From assembly GCA_041663665.1 (NCBI GenBank), contig JBAYMG010000002.1, positions 35,509 to 99,508 on the forward strand: a DNA stretch of 64,000 bases, read 5' to 3'. Under the pieces are notes generated by a model. The model ran no database searches and was not told the DNA's origin. It worked only from the letters and a program-made list of their open reading frames with translations. This document shows, piece after piece, positions 58,601-64,000 of this stretch (its first letter is position 1; each line of letters starts with the position of its first letter). The translations under genes were made by a program, and so were the position numbers. This DNA is from Candidatus Omnitrophota bacterium (GTDB lineage: Bacteria > Omnitrophota > Gorgyraeia > Gygaellales > Profunditerraquicolaceae).

Positions 58601-58801
58601 CTAACCATATGGTAACATAGACTTAATAAATCTTTCTTCCTTCTTACCCGCTAATGTCCGGCGTTTCCTTAAATCTCTTATTTTTTTCGTTCGCTTAGAG
58701 GAAGCTAAATGGCTTTTGCCACCGGGCGAATATTTAACCCGACCCTTCTTGGTAACCCTAAAACGTTTCGCCACTCCTCTTTTTGTTTTTAATTTTGGCA
58801 T
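58601..58801 (-). CDS. rpmI: 50S ribosomal protein L35
   Basis: Internal start MPKLKTKRGVAKRFRVTKKG; the ORF-track start lies 9 codons upstream. Confidence 0.85.
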   Translation of the reverse strand: MPKLKTKRGVAKRFRVTKKGRVKYSPGGKSHLASSKRTKKIRDLRKRRTLAGKKEERFIKSMLPYG

Positions 58802-58879
58802 TTTTCTCCTTTGCCCGCAAGGGCACACCGGCGCAATTTGAAATCAGCATCGGATATTAAACTAATCAATAATTATACC

Positions 58880-59386
58880 TTACTTTGGAGCAATCACAAA
58901 GGACATAATTCTTCCTTCGAGTATCGGCGCTTTTTCAACTAACCCGTCATTCTGCGTGTCAACAATAAATTTATCTAAAAGCTTTCTTCCCAGGTCCAAA
59001 TGTTCCATTTGCCTGCCCCGGAAAAAAAGATTTACTTTTACTTTATCTTTTTTCTTTAAGAAACTTGCCACCTGCTTAACCTTAGTTGCAAAATCATGCT
59101 CATCGATGTTTGGTTTAAGACGGATTTCTTTTAAGCGGCCCTGTTTCTGGTGTTTTTTAGATTCCCGCTCCTTTTTCTCAAGATCGTATTTGAACTTGCT
59201 AAATTCGATAATCCGGCAAACCGGTGGGGTAGCGCCTGAAGCTACCTCTACTAAATCTAATTCGTGCTGATTGGCAATCTCTAATGCCCTCTGAACAGAC
59301 ATCACACCTAATTGGCTGCCATCATGTCCAATAACCCTAACCTGCGGTGAACTAATCCTGTCGTTAATACGAATGAACTTTTTTAT
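58880..59386 (-). CDS. infC: Translation initiation factor IF-3 with non-AUG (ATA) start
   Basis: Frame stays open upstream of the GTG/ATG in the ORF track. It encodes IKKFIRINDRISSPQVRVIGHDGSQLGV, which aligns with the IF3 N-domain. AAGGGAGGAG SD precedes ATA at 59386..59384. Confidence 0.75.
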   Translation of the reverse strand: MKKFIRINDRISSPQVRVIGHDGSQLGVMSVQRALEIANQHELDLVEVASGATPPVCRIIEFSKFKYDLEKKERESKKHQKQGRLKEIRLKPNIDEHDFATKVKQVASFLKKKDKVKVNLFFRGRQMEHLDLGRKLLDKFIVDTQNDGLVEKAPILEGRIMSFVIAPK

Positions 59387-59399
59387 AGCTCCTCCCTTT

Positions 59400-61118
59400 T
59401 TATCTGCGTTCCTGAATCTGGTTGGTTAATTCTACGATAAATTTATCTAAAGCAACCGCTCCTTGATTTCCACTTCCTTTTTTACGCACACTGACGGTTA
59501 ACTGTTTTGCCTCCCGTTCACCTAAAATTAAACAATAAGGAATTTTATTTAATTCCGCATTGCGAATTTTTTTGTCCAGAGTTTCATTGCGCAGATCCAC
59601 ATCAACGCGCAGATTATTACTTTCCAATTTTTGCTTTACTTCTTCGGCATATTGGATAACCGTTTCTTTGATTGGAATTATTAAAACTTGTATTGGGGCC
59701 AGCCATAAAGGCAACTCCCCTTTGTAATGCTCGACTAAAGCACCGATAAAACGCTCAAGGCTGCCCAATAAAACCCGGTGCAGCATAATCGGTTGTTTTT
59801 CTTTCCCCTGCACATCAATATAAGCTAAATTAAACCTTTTGGGAAGAGCAAAGTCACATTGAATCGTTGCACACTGCCATGTCCTTTTAAGTGCATCTTT
59901 TAATTTTATATCAATCTTGGGGCCATAAAACGCACCGTCCCCATGATTAACTTCATAAACAATCCCTTTTTCTTTTAAAGCATCCTCTAAGGCGCTGGTT
60001 GCCACCTGCCAATCTTGTTCCGAACCAATGTATTTTTCCGGGCGCGTACTTAACTCTACCTCCCACTGATTAAATCCAAATATCTTCATTGTTTCAAAAA
60101 CAAAATCGATAATTTTTTTAATTTCATCCTGCAATTGTTCGGGTAAACAAAAAATATGTGCATCGTCCTGGGTAAACCCGCGAACGCGCAATAACCCGTG
60201 TAAAACCCCGGCTTTCTCCCTTCGATAAACCGTGCCCAATTCAAATAAACGTACCGGCAGATCTTTATAGCTTCTGGTTTTTGATTTATAAATTAAAATG
60301 TGGCCCGGGCAATTCATCGGCTTAAGAACAAATTCTTTTCCTTCGGTAACAAAAGAATACATGTTCTCTTTATAATAATCATAGTGGCCACTTGTTTTCC
60401 ATAAGTTAACATCCATAATATGCGGAGTAATTACAAGCTGATATCCATGCTTAAGGTGTTCTTTTTTCTCATAATCTTCAATGATTGTACGTAAAATTGC
60501 ACCCTTAGGATGATAAAAAACTAACCCTGCACCTGCTTCTTCATGATAAATATCAAAGAGCTCTAAAGCCGGCCCCAGCTTGCGATGATCCCGCAGTTTT
60601 GCTTCCTCGATGTTTTTTAAATACTCATCTAATTCATTTTGCGAATTAAAACAGGTCCCATAAATTCGCTGCAACATCGGATTAGTTTCAATCCCATGCC
60701 AATAAGCCCCGGCTATTGACAATAACTTAAAAGCCTTGATTTGACCGGTTGACTCTATATGGGGCCCGCGGCATAAATCTAAAAAAGCTTCGCCGGTTTT
60801 ATAAACAGTAACACTTTCTCCTGGCAAACTTTGGATAAGGTCAACCTTATAATTTTCTTTAAGTTTCTTAAATAATTCCAAGGCGTCGTTTTTATTTAAG
60901 TCTTCACGCAAAAATGATTCATCTTCAGTGATAATTTCCCGCATTTTGTTTTCAATTTTCAGCAGATCGTCATCGCTAAACGGTTCCTGTTTATCAAAAT
61001 CATAGTAAAAACCATCCTCAATTGACGGGCCAATAGCTAATTTTACCTCCGGCCAAAGCTTCTTTACGGCTTGAGCTAAAACATGTGAACAAGAATGTCT
61101 TAAAGTATCTAGATCCAT
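59400..61118 (-). CDS. thrS: Threonine--tRNA ligase (lacks N-terminal TGS domain)
   Basis: HSCSHVLA editing-domain motif, class II core, anticodon-binding C-terminus. Confidence 0.9.
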   Translation of the reverse strand: MDLDTLRHSCSHVLAQAVKKLWPEVKLAIGPSIEDGFYYDFDKQEPFSDDDLLKIENKMREIITEDESFLREDLNKNDALELFKKLKENYKVDLIQSLPGESVTVYKTGEAFLDLCRGPHIESTGQIKAFKLLSIAGAYWHGIETNPMLQRIYGTCFNSQNELDEYLKNIEEAKLRDHRKLGPALELFDIYHEEAGAGLVFYHPKGAILRTIIEDYEKKEHLKHGYQLVITPHIMDVNLWKTSGHYDYYKENMYSFVTEGKEFVLKPMNCPGHILIYKSKTRSYKDLPVRLFELGTVYRREKAGVLHGLLRVRGFTQDDAHIFCLPEQLQDEIKKIIDFVFETMKIFGFNQWEVELSTRPEKYIGSEQDWQVATSALEDALKEKGIVYEVNHGDGAFYGPKIDIKLKDALKRTWQCATIQCDFALPKRFNLAYIDVQGKEKQPIMLHRVLLGSLERFIGALVEHYKGELPLWLAPIQVLIIPIKETVIQYAEEVKQKLESNNLRVDVDLRNETLDKKIRNAELNKIPYCLILGEREAKQLTVSVRKKGSGNQGAVALDKFIVELTNQIQERR

Positions 61119-61138
61119 ATTTATATTTTTTTAATAAA

Positions 61139-61212
61139 TGGGCCCAAGTGGACTTGAACCACTGACCTTTGCGATGTCAACGCAACGCTCTAACCAGCTG
61201 AGCTATGAGCCC
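61139..61212 (-). tRNA. tRNA-Val (anticodon GAC)
   Basis: GGGCTCA/TGGGCCC acceptor, anticodon arm TTGCG-TTGACAT-CGCAA, T-arm AGTGG-TTCAAGT-CCACT. CCA not encoded. Confidence 0.85.
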
Positions 61213-61288
61213 GAACACAATTATTTTTTGCCTGGTGAAGCTCTGACGGTTTTTTCGTCAGGGCCTTAATTATTCTCAATAAAATAAC

Positions 61289-61371
61289 TGGGCAAGAAGG
61301 GAGTCGGACCCTTACGACCTTGCGGCCAACAGATTTTAAGTCTGTCGTGTATGCCATTCCACCACTTGCCC
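61289..61371 (-). tRNA. tRNA-Leu (anticodon UAA)
   Basis: 83 nt. Acceptor GGGCAAG/CTTGCCC, anticodon arm ACAGA-CTTAAAA-TCTGT, long variable arm. Confidence 0.8.
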
Positions 61372-61386
61372 GAAATATCAAAATTT

Positions 61387-61461
61387 TGGAGGCGACGAGC
61401 GGAATTGAACCGCTGAATAGTTGTTTTGCAGACAACTGCCTTACCACTTGGCTACGTCGCC
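61387..61461 (-). tRNA. tRNA-Cys (anticodon GCA)
   Basis: Acceptor GGCGACG/CGTCGCC, anticodon arm GTTGT-CTGCAAA-ACAAC, CCA encoded. Confidence 0.85.
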
Positions 61462-61465
61462 AAAT

Positions 61466-62011
61466 CTATATATATTTTTTAACCTGCGTTACAATATCAT
61501 CCAGCTCTGCTAAACAACCTACTCCAATAGCCCCGCATGCAAGCAGGCCTTTTTTTGGCGCAATAAATTGGTAACCTGAAGATTTTAATTTAATAATATT
61601 ACTTTGGGTAATTTTATTATTATACATATTTTCATTCATTGCCGGGGCAATGAGAACTTTAGCTTTACTGGCACAGACCGTACAAGTTAAAAGATCATCG
61701 CAAATACCTGCGCCGAATTTGGCAATTATATTCGCTGTTGCCGGGGCAATTAAAATCAGGTCTGCTTTTTGCGCCAGAGACACATGCTCAATCTCCCAGA
61801 TATCCTGCTCTTCAAACACCGCCCCCCGGTACACCCGATTACCGCTTAAAACTTGAAAAACAACCGGCTTGATTAATTCTTCTGCTTCTTTGGTCATAAC
61901 CACCTGAACATTAAAATCGCATTTAATCAGACGGCGAATAAGCTCACAGGCCTTATAAATAGCTATACTGGCAGTTACACCCAAAATAATATTCTTCTTT
62001 ACTCTTGTCAT
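61466..62011 (-). CDS. coaC: Phosphopantothenoylcysteine decarboxylase-type flavoprotein
   Basis: ILGVTASIAIYKACELIRRL flavoprotein start. 181 aa, CoaC domain only. Confidence 0.7.
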   Translation of the reverse strand: MTRVKKNIILGVTASIAIYKACELIRRLIKCDFNVQVVMTKEAEELIKPVVFQVLSGNRVYRGAVFEEQDIWEIEHVSLAQKADLILIAPATANIIAKFGAGICDDLLTCTVCASKAKVLIAPAMNENMYNNKITQSNIIKLKSSGYQFIAPKKGLLACGAIGVGCLAELDDIVTQVKKYI

Positions 62012-62220
62012 TACTCTTTAGCCTTTGATTTTTTAGCTTCAATTCTACCTGCTTCAATTTCATGCAAAGCCACAGTCGAAACCTTGACCGAGGCATCATC
62101 TGAAACTAATTTCGGCTGTCCTTCAGCAATCTCTAATGCTCTTTTAGAAGCTAAAATTACTAACTTAAAAATTGAACCCATACTTTTATCTAAAAGTTTT
62201 TCTCTGCCCTGATAATCCAT
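62011..62220 (-). CDS. rpoZ: DNA-directed RNA polymerase omega subunit
   Basis: SIFKLVILASKRALEI. Confidence 0.8.
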   Translation of the reverse strand: MDYQGREKLLDKSMGSIFKLVILASKRALEIAEGQPKLVSDDASVKVSTVALHEIEAGRIEAKKSKAKE

Positions 62221-62242
62221 CTTTTACCCCCAAAGTAGTTTG

Positions 62243-62842
62243 TTATGCATTAATTTCATGCAAGAATATATCTTTTAATTCCCTAAGGGCAACCTGTAGA
62301 TTTTGATTTAAAACAGAATAATCAAATTCTTTGGCTGCCAAAAGCTCGCCACGTGCAAGACGAATCCTGCGTGCCACTTCGTTTTTATTAGTCTGACTAC
62401 AACGATTTTCTATCCTACTTTTCAGCTCAGCAAGCGATGGTGGCAGGATAAAAATTGTAACTGTATTATTAGGATATAACTTCTTAAGGATCCTGGCGCC
62501 TTTAAGATCTAAACACAACCCGACATGTTTACCATCATTAAATTGTCTTTCTAAAGGCCCCTTAGGCGTCCCGTAATAATATCCCAAATACCTGGTCCAT
62601 TCAAGAATTTTTTTTGCTTTTAACAAATACTTAAATTCAATGGCTGAAACAAAAAAATACTCTACTTTATCTTTTTCTCCGGAACGCTCCGGCCGGGTTG
62701 TAATAGAGCATGATTTTACAAGCAATTTCCCGATTTTTTTATCTTTAATCAAACTAGCCAGCAGAGTGGTCTTGCCTGAACCTGAAGGCCCACAGATGAC
62801 AAAAATTTTACCTAATCTTCTTTGGCTTTTATTGGCTTTCAC
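62243..62842 (-). CDS. gmk: Guanylate kinase
   Basis: ICGPSGSGKTTL P-loop; TTRPER. Confidence 0.9.
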   Translation of the reverse strand: MKANKSQRRLGKIFVICGPSGSGKTTLLASLIKDKKIGKLLVKSCSITTRPERSGEKDKVEYFFVSAIEFKYLLKAKKILEWTRYLGYYYGTPKGPLERQFNDGKHVGLCLDLKGARILKKLYPNNTVTIFILPPSLAELKSRIENRCSQTNKNEVARRIRLARGELLAAKEFDYSVLNQNLQVALRELKDIFLHEINA

Positions 62843-63669
62843 TACTCGATATTCTGCACCTGTTCACGAATCTTTTCAATTTGGCTTTTCATCTGCACGG
62901 CCCTGCCCGAAATAATCATATCAAATGACTTTGCAGCTAAAGTATTAGCCTCACGCTGCATCTCTTGAGTAATAAAATCCAGTTCTTTACCGATCACCTG
63001 GCCAAGAGCAATTTTTTGCTGAAAATTCTTAATGTGAAAGTGTAGCCGGTCTAATTCTTCGGCAACATCGGCGCTTTTTAAGAAAGCTACCCGTTCATCT
63101 CCCATTTTAATTTTACTGCTTTTACTTTTAACCGCAACTAGAAACCGTTTCTTAATAAAAACTAAGTCCTTTTTAAGTAAATTACTCCTGCTTTTCAATA
63201 AAACAGCTAACGCCCGGCCTTCTTTCTGGCGGGCTTTAGTTAAATTTGAAAGCGCTTGTAAAAAAATTGGTTCAAGCTTTTCCCAGATATGAATCCCGCT
63301 TGACTTACTTTCCTTAAGGCCCAAAATTCCCGGAAGCCTCATTAAAGAATCCAAGCTTAAACCATTATCGATTTTAAATTCTTTTTTTATGCCATTCAGC
63401 TCATGCAAATAACTTTTAAGCAGCTTGCGGTTTACGAATATCCCGTCGGCCATTTGCCCTTTTATGTTTATTCCGCAATAAACCCTGCCTCGCTTAACTT
63501 TACTTTCAATTTCTTTTTTTAATTTCTCCTCTAAAGCAACCATTCCGTCGGGCAGATGAAAAACACTTTCGGTAAACTTATGATTAGTGCATCTTAGCTC
63601 GACGCTAATCCGCCCGAAAGAATCAACATCAGCTTCATAACTGCCAAAACCAGTCATACTACTAATCAT
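62842..63669 (-). CDS. yicC: YicC-family stress-induced protein
   Basis: MISSMTGFGS start typical of YicC/TIGR00255. Confidence 0.85.
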   Translation of the reverse strand: MISSMTGFGSYEADVDSFGRISVELRCTNHKFTESVFHLPDGMVALEEKLKKEIESKVKRGRVYCGINIKGQMADGIFVNRKLLKSYLHELNGIKKEFKIDNGLSLDSLMRLPGILGLKESKSSGIHIWEKLEPIFLQALSNLTKARQKEGRALAVLLKSRSNLLKKDLVFIKKRFLVAVKSKSSKIKMGDERVAFLKSADVAEELDRLHFHIKNFQQKIALGQVIGKELDFITQEMQREANTLAAKSFDMIISGRAVQMKSQIEKIREQVQNIE

Positions 63670-63684
63670 TATATTTTCCTTTTC

Positions 63685-64000
63685 TTAAGCCCAAACTTTG
63701 TTTTTAATTTCTTTTTGCACTAGTTCCTTAGTAGAATATAAATTAACAATAATTTCATCCGGGCCGAACCAAAGTTTGATTTCTCTTTCAGCTTCTGAAT
63801 CATTAGACGAAACGTGAATTACATTTTCATAAATCCCGCTGGTTGTGATCCGCCCATAAGAACCGCGAATAGAAGTCGAATCAGCCTCTTCCGGATTAGT
63901 TGCCCCGGCCAAATCCCGGCATTTTTTTATTGCATCCTGCCCCGCATATACCAGAGCCATAACTTTTTTACGATCATGCAATTCTCCTTGCAAGTATTGA
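63685..64000 (-). CDS. ndk: Nucleoside diphosphate kinase (C-terminal part; N-terminus beyond window)
   Basis: NVIHVSSNDSEAEREIKLWF C-terminal motif. Frame open to the window edge. Confidence 0.8.
   Translation of the reverse strand, partial: QYLQGELHDRKKVMALVYAGQDAIKKCRDLAGATNPEEADSTSIRGSYGRITTSGIYENVIHVSSNDSEAEREIKLWFGPDEIIVNLYSTKELVQKEIKNKVWA

Noticed and set aside
1-64000. CRISPR arrays / cas genes
   Set aside because: No regularly spaced direct repeats and no Cas-like ORFs seen anywhere in the window.

Overview
The window is low-GC bacterial chromosome, probably from an uncultivated anaerobe. Evidence for that is many secreted proteins, 2-oxoacid:ferredoxin oxidoreductase, compact aminoacyl-tRNA synthetases, and standard-code ORFs that read through cleanly.

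Conserved core genes flank a roughly 28-kb accessory island at about 5.05-33.2 kb.
- Left flank: Rrf2 regulator, NlpC/P60 lipoprotein, UbiA prenyltransferase, GT-C membrane glycosyltransferase.
- Right flank: gltX, a four-subunit 2-oxoacid:ferredoxin oxidoreductase, dxs, xseBA, YmdB-rny, an IscU/helicase/PPIase block, pheST, trkH-trkA-trkA, rplT-rpmI-infC-thrS, tRNA-Val/Leu/Cys, coaC-rpoZ-gmk-yicC-ndk.

The island lies next to a tRNA-Gln(CUG) gene. At its tRNA-proximal end sits a mobility module: an XRE repressor, a DUF2924-like protein and a large serine recombinase.

Almost all island cargo is on the minus strand and reads as stacked anti-phage modules:
- A retron: reverse transcriptase, an msr-msd ncRNA bounded by a perfect 25-bp inverted repeat, a winged-helix protein and a PRTase-like effector.
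- An uncharacterized trio: Zn-ribbon/HTH protein, small P-loop NTPase, PD-(D/E)xK-like protein.
- A SIR2_2-domain protein followed by a 1279-aa Mrr-like-nuclease/STAND-NTPase/repeat protein (Avs-like).
- A G+C-richer phage-derived fragment: XRE, TerL, TerS-like, ParB-methyltransferase fusion.
- A Bil-like ubiquitin-like conjugation operon: Ubl, E2, JAB, E1.
- A STAS / STAS-GHKL ATPase partner-switching-like pair.
- A Type III restriction-modification system (mod, res).

The strongest novelty candidate is inside the Bil-like operon. It is extended by a tightly linked proteasome-beta/HslV-like Ntn-hydrolase gene and a coiled-coil membrane protein. That would give a six-gene bacterial ubiquitin-like plus proteasome-like module, which I do not know to be described.

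No CRISPR array was found. All calls rest on reading motifs in the translated ORFs and the DNA by eye; no database searches were possible.
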